Assembly (NCBI GenBank): GCA_038043525.1
Contig: JBBTBW010000006.1
Location: forward strand, 77,442-141,441
Length of the DNA stretch: 64,000 nt
From: Deltaproteobacteria bacterium
GTDB taxonomy: Bacteria; Desulfobacterota; GWC2-55-46
Reading direction: 5' to 3'
Positions within the stretch are counted from its first letter, which is position 1, and each line of letters begins with the position of its first letter. Shown here one piece after another: positions 48,774-59,519 of this stretch. Position numbers and translations under genes: made by a program. Below the pieces are notes generated by a model. It did not search any database and was not told the DNA's origin. It saw only the letters and a list, made by a program, of their open reading frames with translations.

Positions 48774-50168
48774 ATGGAGCTTTCATATTCGTTCGATCCG
48801 TTCAAGGTCATCAGGTCCGCGCTTAAAAACGGCGGCGACTTCGCCGACTTGTATATCGAGGACCTGACTAACACCTCGATAGTCTGCGAAGAAAACAGGA
48901 TAGAGAAGGTCATTACCGGCCGCGACATGGGGTGCGGTATAAGGGTCATAGCAGGCCTTAAGACCTACTACGCGTATACGAATGATATTACCGAGGTTGG
49001 CCTCCTTGAAGTGGCCGGCGTTGTCGCCGCAGGCGTGAGGGACGGGGCCGACAGGGGTGATATCTCTCTGGTTAAAAAGGAGAAGGCCTCTGGTTTCGAT
49101 ATAAAAAGGCCTCCGGCCCTGACCGGCCTTACTGACAAGATAGACCTTGTCAACAGGGCGAATGTAGTTGCGTGGGGGTTTGACAGACGGATAGTGCAGG
49201 TTAAAGTGATCTACGGCGACAGCTTCAAGCGTGTGGCCATAATAAATTCGCTCGGCGAATGGGTAGAAGAAGACAGGACAGGGCTCGTCTTTTTATGTAA
49301 CGCTATTTCAAAAGAGGGTGACGTCATACAGACCGGCTACGAGCCTGTCGGAGGGGCCGTAGGCGTCGAGATACTCGACGAGTTCCCGCCTGAGATGGTA
49401 GCCGAGACAGCCGCCAGAAGGGCGGTTGAGATGCTGGGCGCAAGAAGGGCCCCGGGCGGACGCATGGGCGTAATACTCTCAAGCGAGGCAGGCGGCACGA
49501 TGATACACGAGGCTGTAGGCCACGGCCTTGAAGCAGACCTTGCGCTTCAGAACCTCTCCGTATACTCCGGAAAGATAGGCCTTGAGGTCGCCTCTCCAAA
49601 GATAACGGTCTATGACGACTCGACGATCCCTTTCAAAAGGGGGTCGTTCTTTTTTGATGATGAGGCTGTCCCTTCTGAAAAGACGGTCCTTGTTGAAAAT
49701 GGCATTTTGAAAAGCTATATGTGCGACAGGTTGAATGCCATGCGCTCAGGAGGCCGCTCCACAGGCAACGGCAGGAGGGAATCGTATCACCACAGGCCGA
49801 TCCCGAGGATGACAAATACGATCATAGCGCCGGGCAAGGACGACCCTACCGCCATCATACGCTCGCTTGATAAGGGGCTTTTTGTCAGGAAGATGGGCGG
49901 AGGCCAGGTGAATACGGTAAACGGCGACTTTGTCTTCGAGGTGACCGAAGGCTACATGATAGAAAACGGCAAGGTAGGCGAGCTTGTCAGAGGTGCGACC
50001 CTTACAGGAAACGGCCCGGCTGTGCTAAAAGACATAGACATGGTCGGCACAGACCTCGGGTTCGGGATCGGGACCTGCGGCAAGGACGCGCAGGGCGTGC
50101 CGGTTTCAGACGCCCAGCCGACGCTGCGCATACCTGAGATAGTAGTTGGCGGAGACGTAAAGGGCTGA
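48774..50168 (+). CDS. tldD: TldD/PmbA-family metalloprotease
   Basis: HEAVGHGLE metal motif, 464 aa, and a conserved GxC motif near the C-terminus. Confidence 0.8.
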   Translation: MELSYSFDPFKVIRSALKNGGDFADLYIEDLTNTSIVCEENRIEKVITGRDMGCGIRVIAGLKTYYAYTNDITEVGLLEVAGVVAAGVRDGADRGDISLVKKEKASGFDIKRPPALTGLTDKIDLVNRANVVAWGFDRRIVQVKVIYGDSFKRVAIINSLGEWVEEDRTGLVFLCNAISKEGDVIQTGYEPVGGAVGVEILDEFPPEMVAETAARRAVEMLGARRAPGGRMGVILSSEAGGTMIHEAVGHGLEADLALQNLSVYSGKIGLEVASPKITVYDDSTIPFKRGSFFFDDEAVPSEKTVLVENGILKSYMCDRLNAMRSGGRSTGNGRRESYHHRPIPRMTNTIIAPGKDDPTAIIRSLDKGLFVRKMGGGQVNTVNGDFVFEVTEGYMIENGKVGELVRGATLTGNGPAVLKDIDMVGTDLGFGIGTCGKDAQGVPVSDAQPTLRIPEIVVGGDVKG

Positions 50169-50471
50169 GGGGTATGATGCTGGCGGTTTGCTTTGACGTC
50201 TGACGGCGACTGTGAAGTGTTTACCTGTTGGGGTTTTGATGTATCGCAGGCACACTACGCTCGTGTACCAAAAAATGAAAGGCCACAGCGTCTCAGCTGT
50301 GGCCTTTCATTTTTAATCCGGAGTCTATTGCCGTAGGGCGCAAAGCATCGTGCCCATGCCTGCTTGCCTCTATCAACTCCGATTGACAGCCTGCCAGTGT
50401 TTACTTTAAAATGACATAAGCTCGGAATCTTGCGGAGCAAAAATGTATCTTACGGCAGGGATAAATATCCG

Positions 50472-52424
50472 ATGAAGCCAAGGCATATCGTAACTACTAT
50501 ACTCGCGGCCGTATTCGCCGTATCATTCGGCGTTGCTACGCGCATCATAAACCCGTCCGAGAGCGTCAACGCCCTCTGGCTCGTTGTCGCGGCCGCCTGT
50601 TTTTTTATGATCGCCTACAGGGTCTACGGCGCGTTCCTTGCCGCCAGGATCTTCAGCCTGGATAACAGACGGAGGACCCCGGCGGTAAGGCTGGAAGACG
50701 GCAAGGACTATCACCCGACACATACGCTCGTCCTTTTCGGCCACCACTTCGCGGCCATAGCAGGCGCAGGCCCTCTCATGGGTCCGGTACTCGCCGCGCA
50801 GTTCGGGTACCTGCCAGGCTTCCTCTGGATACTCATCGGAGCGGTCTTTGCCGGGGCTGTGCACGACATGGTCATACTCGCGGCCTCAGTGAGGAGAAAC
50901 GGCTCTTCGCTCTCGACTATGGCAAGAAACGAGGTCGGCCCTGTCGCCGGGTTTACAGCCGCTCTCGCCATACTCTTTATTATAATTGTCGCCCTTGCAG
51001 GTCTCGGCCTTGCCGTCGTAAACGCGCTTTACAAGAGCTCGTGGGGCGCATTCACTGTATCAGCCACGATCCCGATAGCGCTTTTCATGGGCTTTTATCT
51101 CTACAGGTGGAGGCCGGGCAAAGTCTTTGAGGTGAGCGTCATCGGCATCATTCTCCTTTTCGTAGCGGTCATTGGAGGCCGCTACGTGCCGGGATCATCG
51201 ATCGAGCAGTACTTCATGTATGAAAAATCCACGCTTGTCGCGGCCCTTGCGGTCTACGGCTTCATGGCATCAGTACTTCCGGTCTGGATGCTCCTTGCGC
51301 CGAGGGATTATCTCTCCACATACATGAAGATAGGGACCGTTGTCATACTCGCCGCAGGCGTCATATTCCTCGCCCCTGAGATACAGATGCCGGCTGTCAC
51401 GCGCTTTATAGACGGAGGCGGCCCGATAATACCCGGGACCTTGTTCCCGTTCATGTTCATAACGATAGCGTGCGGCGCTATATCAGGGTTCCATTCGCTC
51501 ATAGCCTCAGGCACTACGCCGAAGATGATAGAGAAGGAGTCTGACATAAAGCCGATAGCCTTCGGGGCTATGCTTTGCGAGGGCTTCGTAGCTGTCATAG
51601 CCCTCATAGCGGCGGCAGTTCTGATACCCGGAGACTACTTCGCGATAAACACGATGCTCGGGCCTGATGCGCTTGCCTCATTGGGTTTTCCGTCTGAGAG
51701 GATAGCAGAGCTATCCGAGACGGTAGGTGTGAACGTCGCAAACAGGCCCGGTGGCGCAGTCTCCCTTGCAGTCGGCATGGCGTACATATTCTCGGCGCTT
51801 CCGGGGATGAAAGGGCTGATGCCGTACTGGTACAACTTCGCGCTTATGTTCGAAGCGCTCTTTATACTTACTACTGTCGACGCAGGCACAAGGGTGGCGA
51901 GGTTCATACTGCAGGAGTTCGGCGGATACGTCTATAAGCCGATAGGCCGCACCAACTGGATGCCCGGGGTGGTCATTACGAGCGCGGTCGTGGTCCTGGC
52001 CTGGGCATATCTGATAAACTCAGGGAGTGTGTCGACCATCTGGCCGATGTTCGGGGTCGCAAACCAGCTCCTCGCGGCTCTCGCCCTGTGCGTAGGCACT
52101 ACGATCATTCTCAAGATGGGCAAGTTGAAGTACGTCTGGGTGACCTTTGTGCCGATGGTCTTCATGTTCGTGATGACGCTTGTCGCGGCATGGAAGCTAT
52201 ATTGGATATTCGACGCGAAGGCCTTGGCTGCGGCGCACTCAGATGCCTTCTCTTACAGGCTCGATTCCGTTTTAGTGGCATCAATGGCGCTTCTTGCCGT
52301 CATAGCCCTTCTCGATTCGATCCTTAAGTGGAGGTCCATGTACGTTTCAGGCTCTCTTTTAAGCGGCGCAGTTGTTGAAGATGATGCGATCGAGAGTGAG
52401 ATGGACGCGACCCCCGGATCCTGA
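50472..52424 (+). CDS. cstA: Carbon starvation protein CstA (peptide/pyruvate transporter family)
   Basis: The roughly 650-aa, about 16-TM architecture and conserved N-terminal region are typical of CstA. ATG 50472 is preferred over the upstream alternative. Confidence 0.8.
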   Translation: MKPRHIVTTILAAVFAVSFGVATRIINPSESVNALWLVVAAACFFMIAYRVYGAFLAARIFSLDNRRRTPAVRLEDGKDYHPTHTLVLFGHHFAAIAGAGPLMGPVLAAQFGYLPGFLWILIGAVFAGAVHDMVILAASVRRNGSSLSTMARNEVGPVAGFTAALAILFIIIVALAGLGLAVVNALYKSSWGAFTVSATIPIALFMGFYLYRWRPGKVFEVSVIGIILLFVAVIGGRYVPGSSIEQYFMYEKSTLVAALAVYGFMASVLPVWMLLAPRDYLSTYMKIGTVVILAAGVIFLAPEIQMPAVTRFIDGGGPIIPGTLFPFMFITIACGAISGFHSLIASGTTPKMIEKESDIKPIAFGAMLCEGFVAVIALIAAAVLIPGDYFAINTMLGPDALASLGFPSERIAELSETVGVNVANRPGGAVSLAVGMAYIFSALPGMKGLMPYWYNFALMFEALFILTTVDAGTRVARFILQEFGGYVYKPIGRTNWMPGVVITSAVVVLAWAYLINSGSVSTIWPMFGVANQLLAALALCVGTTIILKMGKLKYVWVTFVPMVFMFVMTLVAAWKLYWIFDAKALAAAHSDAFSYRLDSVLVASMALLAVIALLDSILKWRSMYVSGSLLSGAVVEDDAIESEMDATPGS

Positions 52425-52526
52425 TGAGGACGCTTTACGGTCTCCGATGCTTTATTTGAAAAGAGCCTGACGGCCACAAGGCCTTCAGGCTCTTTCTTTA
52501 CGTATGGAACGTCTAGCCGTCTCATG

Positions 52527-52991
52527 CTACTTGACGTTTATCGTTATCTTTCTCGGTTCGTCCTCTGCCACTTTAGGCATATCCACCGTCAGTATGCCGT
52601 CTTTCAGCGCTGCCGTTATCCTGTCATGGCAGACCTTGAACGGGATGCCAATAGTCCTTGAATAAGAGGTGTACTCCCGCTCCGAGTATCTGCGGTCCTC
52701 TTGGGCCAAGCCCTCTTCAGGCTTTAGCTCTCCTTTGATAGAAAGCGCGTCATCCAGGAATGATATCTCTATATCCTCTTTCTTCACGCCCGGCATCTCC
52801 GCCTTTACGATGACAGATGTCTTGGTCTCGAATATCTCGATCGCCGGGGTCGCAGTCGCCTTGTCAGTCCCGGGCCTTCTCCATGATGGCTCGGTCTTTC
52901 TGCCTGATGGGAAAAGCTCGACCCAGATCTTATCCATCTCCCTCCTCATCGACTCTATCTCTTTAAACGGGCTCCATTTTTCGATAGTCAT
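52527..52991 (-). CDS. Hsp20/alpha-crystallin small heat-shock protein
   Basis: Alpha-crystallin domain with a conserved GILTV-like motif (DGILTVDMPK). Confidence 0.85.
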   Translation of the reverse strand: MTIEKWSPFKEIESMRREMDKIWVELFPSGRKTEPSWRRPGTDKATATPAIEIFETKTSVIVKAEMPGVKKEDIEISFLDDALSIKGELKPEEGLAQEDRRYSEREYTSYSRTIGIPFKVCHDRITAALKDGILTVDMPKVAEDEPRKITINVK

Positions 52992-53158
52992 TTAAGTCTT
53001 TTCTCCTTTTGTTATTCCTGTCATCTCAGGTCTGGTCGTGGCGTATCGCGGAAAGCCTTTAACAAGGTCTTGACCCGGATGGCCTGCGCGCTTTCACAAT
53101 TTAAAAGATAGGTAGGAGACATCTTCTTGTCAAGGGGTGCTTAACAGGAATTGCTTTT

Positions 53159-54058
53159 TCAAAAGAGAAGGGAGATTGCGATGATGATCCCTGTGCAGAA
53201 GTGCGCGAGGATCACCGATTTTATCGCCGGGATAATTCCCGGGCCTTTGTTGTAGTTGTGCAGGAAGACCTTCATGCCCTTAATGATAATAATGAGAGGA
53301 AGGACGGCGGCGAGCGAGATGAGAGGCAGCCACCCGGCCAATACGCCTGAGATGATGGAGAGGTACGCGGCCGATGCGAGTGCGGCAACGTAGTAGCGCG
53401 CCCTTTTGGGGCCGAGCCTTACTACAAGCGTTCGCTTGCCTGTAGCCTTGTCAGCCTCATAGTCCGGGAATTCGTTTATGAAAAGGAGAGTTGAGATCAG
53501 GCACGCTACGGGGATGGAGGCGGCAAGAGGCTTCAGGTCAAAATGCCCGGTCTGCGCGACGTACGTGCCGAGTACGGCGAGTATGCCGAAGTCGAGCCCG
53601 ACCGTTATCTCGCCCAGCCCCCTGCCTGCGAGCGAAAGCGGCGGCGCGGAATAAAAAAAACCTGTAAAGAGCCCTACGCCGCCTATAACGAATAGCCATG
53701 GGGTCGTTGTAAGTGCGAGCCAGATGCCGGCTACGCTGCCGAGGGCGATGAGGCCGAGGCCTATGTCAAGGGTCTCTTTGGGGGAGACAAGCCCTTGTTG
53801 GATGAACCTGCTTCCTCCGGTAAATGGCGTCAGGGCCCCTGTGTTGATGTTATCCGTTCCTCCGAGATAGTCGAAGTAGTCGTTAAGGATGTTCATCCCG
53901 GCGTGATAGGAGATGGCCGCTATGAGGGTGAGCAGAAAAACGCCGGGGGCGAACGAGTCTTCGTTCCATGCCGCGGCAGTGCCGATTAAAACCGGGATTA
54001 TGATGGCCGGAAGGAACTGAGGGCGCACCGAGAGGAAGTATGTCTTGGCTCTGTTCAT
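53159..54058 (-). CDS. menA: 1,4-dihydroxy-2-naphthoate polyprenyltransferase (UbiA superfamily)
   Basis: NDYFDYLGGTD Asp-rich motif and MenA-like topology. Confidence 0.75.
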   Translation of the reverse strand: MNRAKTYFLSVRPQFLPAIIIPVLIGTAAAWNEDSFAPGVFLLTLIAAISYHAGMNILNDYFDYLGGTDNINTGALTPFTGGSRFIQQGLVSPKETLDIGLGLIALGSVAGIWLALTTTPWLFVIGGVGLFTGFFYSAPPLSLAGRGLGEITVGLDFGILAVLGTYVAQTGHFDLKPLAASIPVACLISTLLFINEFPDYEADKATGKRTLVVRLGPKRARYYVAALASAAYLSIISGVLAGWLPLISLAAVLPLIIIIKGMKVFLHNYNKGPGIIPAIKSVILAHFCTGIIIAISLLF

Positions 54059-54178
54059 AGTTTAAGTCCGGCCTTTGGCGTCCGGGCCATGACGTATGGC
54101 CGTTCTACTCGTTCGCGTATATTCAGACGGCCGGCGCCAAATAGGCAGGCAGAGAGCCGCCCAGTGGCGCTTGTGCCG

Positions 54179-55201
54179 TCATGAGCCGATAGTGTAGAGG
54201 ATGATGAATACGAAAAGCAGGTACAGGAAACCGTTAACCAAGAAAAAGCGCGTCGTCAGCTTCTTCTTTTTTATGACAAGCCAGTATATCCATGCCGCAG
54301 CGAAGATGGTTATGATACTGCTTGCCATGACCGTAAGGTTTATCGTCCAGGGCGTAAGGAATATGCCTATCGCAGGCAGAAGGCTCCCCTGGAATACCAT
54401 CGCCCCGGTGATGTTGCCTACGGCAAGCGTGTCTTTCCCTCCCCGCATCCATATTATGGAGTTGAACTTCTCCGGAAGCTCCGTTGCGATCGGCACTATT
54501 AGGAGCGAGAGCGCCATCACAGGGACGCCGAGGACGACGGAGAGCGACTCGACGCCGTGGACGAACCCACGCGCGCCGATGATTATGAGGCTGAGGGCGA
54601 AGAGAAGCTGTAGAACGACTACGGCCATGTGGTCTTTAAGCACGTGCGAGAGGTACAAAGGCTTGCTCTCTTCCGTTGCGTGGCCTCCGTCGACGAGCGA
54701 CGCGCTTGCCTTGATGGTCTCAAGGACGTAGTAGAAGTAGGTCAGCACCAGGATGCACGCTACGAATATGCGCACGAGCCTGTACTCGTACGGGGTGAAG
54801 GCGACGAGAAAGGCGAGTATGAAGGCGAAGAGGAAGAACTCAAGGTCCCTTTTAAGCCCTGTCGGCTCAGGCCTGACACAGTCAGCTCCGCGTTTTTTCA
54901 TGAACTTCCATGCGGAAAACCCGACAAGGAACATGGCGAGCGTTGAGAGCATGAAAGGGGCCCCGAGGATCGCGCCTACGCCTATCTCTTCGCTCACCTT
55001 CGCGGAATTGCCGCCGAAGATGGCGACGAGCGGGACCATGGTTTCGGGAAGGGCCGTGCCGACCGCCGCGAACAGGCTGCCTGTCACTCCTTCGGAGAAG
55101 TTTAGCTTCGAGCCGAGGGCTTCTATTGCGTTAGTGAATATCTCGGCCGCCGCTACTATGACAATCAGATAGAATATAAGGGTCAGTATGTCGAGAGTCA
55201 A
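54179..55201 (-). CDS. Ca2+/cation antiporter (CaCA, YrbG-like) family membrane protein
   Basis: Two alpha-repeat signatures: GTALPE and GNITGAMVFQ. Confidence 0.7.
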   Translation of the reverse strand: MTLDILTLIFYLIVIVAAAEIFTNAIEALGSKLNFSEGVTGSLFAAVGTALPETMVPLVAIFGGNSAKVSEEIGVGAILGAPFMLSTLAMFLVGFSAWKFMKKRGADCVRPEPTGLKRDLEFFLFAFILAFLVAFTPYEYRLVRIFVACILVLTYFYYVLETIKASASLVDGGHATEESKPLYLSHVLKDHMAVVVLQLLFALSLIIIGARGFVHGVESLSVVLGVPVMALSLLIVPIATELPEKFNSIIWMRGGKDTLAVGNITGAMVFQGSLLPAIGIFLTPWTINLTVMASSIITIFAAAWIYWLVIKKKKLTTRFFLVNGFLYLLFVFIILYTIGS

Positions 55202-55319
55202 TTCAAAAGGCCTCCGTAGTTTTTTCCGGGTGCGTCTGCTTGTAGATCTGCTATGTGATGCCTGGCGTCACGCCGTACGTCAGGATCAGAGGGTCTCAGT
55301 CATGCCCTCTTGAATATAT

Positions 55320-56369
55320 TCATCCGTTATTGTCAGGCCTCGGCCTGCGGACGAGTTCCGCGCGTTCGCCCCTGAAAAAGAGGAGTAAGACCATCCCTGC
55401 TACCAGTATCGAAGAGCCGACTATGATGAGCGTGATGCCCGGGTCTTTGTTTATAGTGAGTACGACATACTCTTTCGTATCATAGTCGACGAGGGTTATC
55501 ACCGATCCGGCGAGAGGTACGCTCGCTCCCGGCTCTTTTAAAGGGAGGTACGCGGCGGCTCCGTCAGAAGATACGATCTCCGCGTATGGGTTTACGAACT
55601 CAGGTGTGAGCGAGGTCGGCCTGCCGCCGCTGTCAAGGGCGAAGTCCGGATATACGCCGCCGAACCTGAAGGGTTTTCCGCCCGGCCCTGCGAAGCCGGA
55701 AGAGAATGGGGCGTTGACTTTAAGCCCGTCTATATCGAGCACAAGCCCTTTCGGGGCGCTGCCCTGATCGGCATGGTAGAAGGCGATGCCTTTGTAGATG
55801 AGAGGCCCGTTTATCTCTATCGGCCCGGTCGTTATCTCTTTTTTTTCGCTGTCAAGGAGCGTGACCGTAGTCCTCAGATATTCGAGTCCGCCTTCAGGGC
55901 CGGACCGGGCCTCGAACTTATCGAGCCTGACGAAAAGGCCTTGCGAGCCCGGTACAGGTCTGGCCGTGCCAGCATAGAGCATATTGTCGTAGCTTCTGAA
56001 TCCCCACGCGCTACCGGCGAGGTGTCCGAGCAGGGCAATGAGAAATCCTACATGGACTATGTGCGGGAATAGCGCCTGCCAAGGCTTTTTAGCCTTTATG
56101 ACGGCGTAGACCTTGTCGATCGTGCATACGAGGGTATTCATTCCGAAGGCCGCCGTCAGGAATATAAGCGCCCATATCCAGAGGGTGAGGCCCAGGTACT
56201 TTGTTCCCGCGGAGAAGAGAAGCGGCAAAAGCACGGACTGGTCGAGCGCCATCGAAAAGCGCGGGTTCGCCATGGAGATCAAGGACCCCCATGCCGCTAC
56301 CGTGCATATCAAGACCGCCAGAACGACCGTAAGGTATATGGATGCGAAAAAAGACCAGAGCTTTTTCAT
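55320..56369 (-). CDS. ResB/Ccs1-family cytochrome c biogenesis protein (system II)
   Basis: N-terminal TM, a large periplasmic domain, C-terminal TM helices, and a conserved His in the first helix region. Confidence 0.55.
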   Translation of the reverse strand: MKKLWSFFASIYLTVVLAVLICTVAAWGSLISMANPRFSMALDQSVLLPLLFSAGTKYLGLTLWIWALIFLTAAFGMNTLVCTIDKVYAVIKAKKPWQALFPHIVHVGFLIALLGHLAGSAWGFRSYDNMLYAGTARPVPGSQGLFVRLDKFEARSGPEGGLEYLRTTVTLLDSEKKEITTGPIEINGPLIYKGIAFYHADQGSAPKGLVLDIDGLKVNAPFSSGFAGPGGKPFRFGGVYPDFALDSGGRPTSLTPEFVNPYAEIVSSDGAAAYLPLKEPGASVPLAGSVITLVDYDTKEYVVLTINKDPGITLIIVGSSILVAGMVLLLFFRGERAELVRRPRPDNNG

Positions 56370-56414
56370 TGCTTTTTATTGCCTGCCGTCAGTCCATCCG
56401 GGACCGGTGCGGCA

Positions 56415-57269
56415 TTATTTTTTCGCTGAGAACCAGGACATGATGTTTCCCGCGAGCCTCATGTTGCCGGCCTCTTTCATGAACTTGTTGGCAAACGGCG
56501 CGTCGTCAGCGACTACTACTACTTTCCCGGCCCCTGAGCTGGCGGCCGCCACTATCCCGTATGACTGGATCGGCTCGCCGTGGTCAAAGGCCCTGTTGCG
56601 GTTCAGATCCATCCAGGCTTTCTCCGATGTAGACGCTACGACAGAGGCGCTCCCCTCGGTCATGAGCGCCCACGACCCGAATACCGCTATCTTGCCTACC
56701 CCGGCAGTTACAGGGTGCTCGGCGAGCTTCGTCACGTAAAAGTCCTGCGACTTGCCTTTTATAGTGCCTTCGTGCTCGGCTATGACGAAGTTCGATACCA
56801 GTATGCCGAATGATTCGGTAAGCTGTGCGACAGGAGGGGATATGTGCATGAGGACCAGCAGGTTGCCCCCGTTTTCCACAAAGATGCTCAGCGCGGCTAT
56901 CTCATCTCGCGAGACAGGCTTTGACGGCCCGGCGATGATGTATGTATCGACTCCTTCAAGGGTCTTAAGTGAGATGGCCTCAGCGTTCATGGAGACCTTC
57001 GCGCCGGTCTTTTTGATGGATGTCGTGAAGTTCGAGTAGTGGAGAGGCCCTTTCTTTACAGGTGAGAATATCTCGCCGTGAGAGGTGTCGAATACCACCT
57101 TCGCCGGCCCAGTTGCTACTTCCGGCTTTACAGGCTCCGGCGCTACGGAGACCGCCGGTTGAGATACTTCTGCCGGAATGATCGGCGCAGCCGCCTCTGG
57201 CGTCTGCGCGTAGAGCGGCGCGGCAAGCATGAGCGAGGCTATTATAGTCGTTATGCCGTTTAGTCTCAT
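56415..57269 (-). CDS. Secreted hypothetical protein (DUF4350-like)
   Basis: Signal peptide. No catalytic motifs were recognised. Confidence 0.35.
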   Translation of the reverse strand: MRLNGITTIIASLMLAAPLYAQTPEAAAPIIPAEVSQPAVSVAPEPVKPEVATGPAKVVFDTSHGEIFSPVKKGPLHYSNFTTSIKKTGAKVSMNAEAISLKTLEGVDTYIIAGPSKPVSRDEIAALSIFVENGGNLLVLMHISPPVAQLTESFGILVSNFVIAEHEGTIKGKSQDFYVTKLAEHPVTAGVGKIAVFGSWALMTEGSASVVASTSEKAWMDLNRNRAFDHGEPIQSYGIVAAASSGAGKVVVVADDAPFANKFMKEAGNMRLAGNIMSWFSAKK

Positions 57270-57447
57270 CTGTGGTCTCCGTGGTCTGCGAAGTATTGGT
57301 TTATATGACGGAAAAGACAGCCTTCAGGATATATGGACGGCGGCATATCTGTCAAGCAATAACCGTCAGAACGGCCACAAGACATAAAATCATATTCCGT
57401 CGCATTTTTCTTGATTTTCTACCGAACCCTTGTGTTAAACTCTACTC

Positions 57448-57816
57448 ATGTATGAACTTACGGTAGAACTCCAGTTTTCATCCGCTCACAGCCTCAGAGG
57501 CTACGAAGGCGCCTGCGAAAACCTCCACGGCCACAACTGGAAGGTCGAGGTCACGGTCGAATCGGCCGGCCTTGACAATCTCGGCATGGTAATGGATTTC
57601 AAGAGGATAAAGAGCGAGGCGAAGAAGGTGATAGACGCCCTTGACCACAGGTTCTTAAATGAAGTCCCGCCCTTTGACACCATCAACCCTACCGCTGAAA
57701 ACATCGCGGCCAGCATATACGCAGGGATAGGCACCTCTTTAAACGGCGGCGGTGTCAGGGTCTCCAGGGTCAAGGTATGGGAGTCCGATACCTCTGCCGC
57801 GTCCTACAAGGATTGA
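57448..57816 (+). CDS. queD: 6-carboxy-5,6,7,8-tetrahydropterin synthase QueD
   Basis: CENLHGHNW...H motif (Cys/His zinc site) and 122-aa length. Confidence 0.85.
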   Translation: MYELTVELQFSSAHSLRGYEGACENLHGHNWKVEVTVESAGLDNLGMVMDFKRIKSEAKKVIDALDHRFLNEVPPFDTINPTAENIAASIYAGIGTSLNGGGVRVSRVKVWESDTSAASYKD

Positions 57817-57817
57817 G

Positions 57818-58600
57818 ATGCCAAAGAAGGTCCTGAGGGACATACAAGCCGAGCCTGATCTGAGGCGCATAGCCATCGACAAGGTCGGGGTCAAGGACAT
57901 CCGCTATCCGATCGTCGTGCTTGACAAGAAGAACAAGACGCAGCATACGGTCGCGTCGTTCAATATGTACGTGGACCTGCCGCACCAATTCAAGGGCACG
58001 CACATGTCGAGGTTCGTGGAGATCCTGAACGAGCACAGGCGTGAGATCACGGTCAGGAACTTCCCCGGCATCCTGGAGAAGATGAAAAAGAGGTTTAGCG
58101 CAACGACAGCGCACCTCGACGTCGTATTCCCCTACTTCATCGAAAAGACTGCCCCTGTATCGAAGTCAAAGGGGCTGATGGACTATATGTGCAGGTACTC
58201 CGGGACGCTGGGCGCAGCCAGGGATTTTGTCCTTGAGGTAAAGGTCCCGGTCTCTACGCTTTGCCCGTGTTCCAAGGAGATAAGCGAAAGGGGGGCGCAC
58301 AACCAGCGCGGCATGGTCACTGTCGCCGTGAGGTTTGACGGGTTCGTCTGGATAGAAGACATCATCAAGACGGTGGAGGCATCCGCCTCAAGCCCTGTCT
58401 ATTCGCTCTTAAAGCGCGTCGATGAGAAGTATGTTACAGAGATGAGCTATGACAATCCGATGTTTGTGGAAGACGTGGTAAGAGAGGTGGCGATAAACCT
58501 CGGCAAGATCAAAAAGATATCATGGTTCAGGATAGAGGCGGAGAACTGGGAGTCGATACACAACCACAGCGCGTATGCCTTTTTGGAGAGACGCCGCTGA
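57818..58600 (+). CDS. folE2: GTP cyclohydrolase FolE2/MptA (type IB)
   Basis: The DUF198 family block: DLPHQFKGTHMSRF and a C-terminal CPCS motif. Confidence 0.8.
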   Translation: MPKKVLRDIQAEPDLRRIAIDKVGVKDIRYPIVVLDKKNKTQHTVASFNMYVDLPHQFKGTHMSRFVEILNEHRREITVRNFPGILEKMKKRFSATTAHLDVVFPYFIEKTAPVSKSKGLMDYMCRYSGTLGAARDFVLEVKVPVSTLCPCSKEISERGAHNQRGMVTVAVRFDGFVWIEDIIKTVEASASSPVYSLLKRVDEKYVTEMSYDNPMFVEDVVREVAINLGKIKKISWFRIEAENWESIHNHSAYAFLERRR

Positions 58601-58603
58601 GCC

Positions 58604-59389
58604 TCAGCCCTTGTACATCACCTCGTTTATCTTGAGCTTCAGTTCCTCCGCCCAGAACGGATTGCCTTTCTGTATAAATCCTTTCACATGCATCTCGAAC
58701 CACTTGGGGTCGAGCACCAGATCATCTATGATGTCTTTGCCGGTAGTGACTATGGCGGGGATGTTGTAACCCATCTCCAGAAGCCGCTTAAGAAGGTCTT
58801 CGCCGTCGAGCAAGGCCTCCGGGTCTGTAGGGTTTTTCAGGTAAAGGTCGGTTATGATCAGCTTTACCTCCGTGCCCTTGACGATCCTCAATGCCTGCGC
58901 GGCGTTTTTGACTACGATGAGCCTCATCCCCATGTTTGCCAGCGTGTTTTCCGCCATCTGCCTTGAGAACTTATCATCATCTACCAGAAGCACCGTCTCT
59001 ATCGCCTCTGCCGACGTTTCATCCGTCTCCATTGACGCCTGGTCCTGCTCGGTCATACTGGCAGGTTGATGCTGGCGAGAAGAGACCTCAGCCCCAACGC
59101 CGGAGCGAAGATGCTCGTGTGCGCGCACGGCCTGTTGATCATGGGCTTCGGCCTGCGGCGTCGCGTGAGGCTGGGCAGGGGCTGATACGGCTTCTTTCGG
59201 ATGCGTTTTTATGCCTGTTGCCTTAAAGACGCCTGAGACTTTCCCGATGAGGTGGGGCGCGCCGCACCTTATGCAGTTTATTCTCGCGCCATGCTCCCAC
59301 TCGCCAAGCGTCTCGATGGGGACCCATAGCCTGAACGTCGAACCGCATTCGGCGCAGTGTATCTCAACGGCTTCTTTTTGCATGGCCAT
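58604..59389 (-). CDS. Response-regulator receiver-domain protein with an N-terminal double zinc ribbon
   Basis: CAECG...CIRCG, then REC (VLLVDDD...D...K). Confidence 0.65.
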   Translation of the reverse strand: MAMQKEAVEIHCAECGSTFRLWVPIETLGEWEHGARINCIRCGAPHLIGKVSGVFKATGIKTHPKEAVSAPAQPHATPQAEAHDQQAVRAHEHLRSGVGAEVSSRQHQPASMTEQDQASMETDETSAEAIETVLLVDDDKFSRQMAENTLANMGMRLIVVKNAAQALRIVKGTEVKLIITDLYLKNPTDPEALLDGEDLLKRLLEMGYNIPAIVTTGKDIIDDLVLDPKWFEMHVKGFIQKGNPFWAEELKLKINEVMYKG

Positions 59390-59519
59390 TCTGGTCTGTC
59401 CCGGTTCTGTTGATGCGTCTTTCGGACGATTATAAGGGCTGGATATTGTTCAAATTAGTGTAGCTTATTAAGGATGTAGTGTCAATGGTTCTCAAGGCGC
59501 AGGTCTCTTGGATGCATCC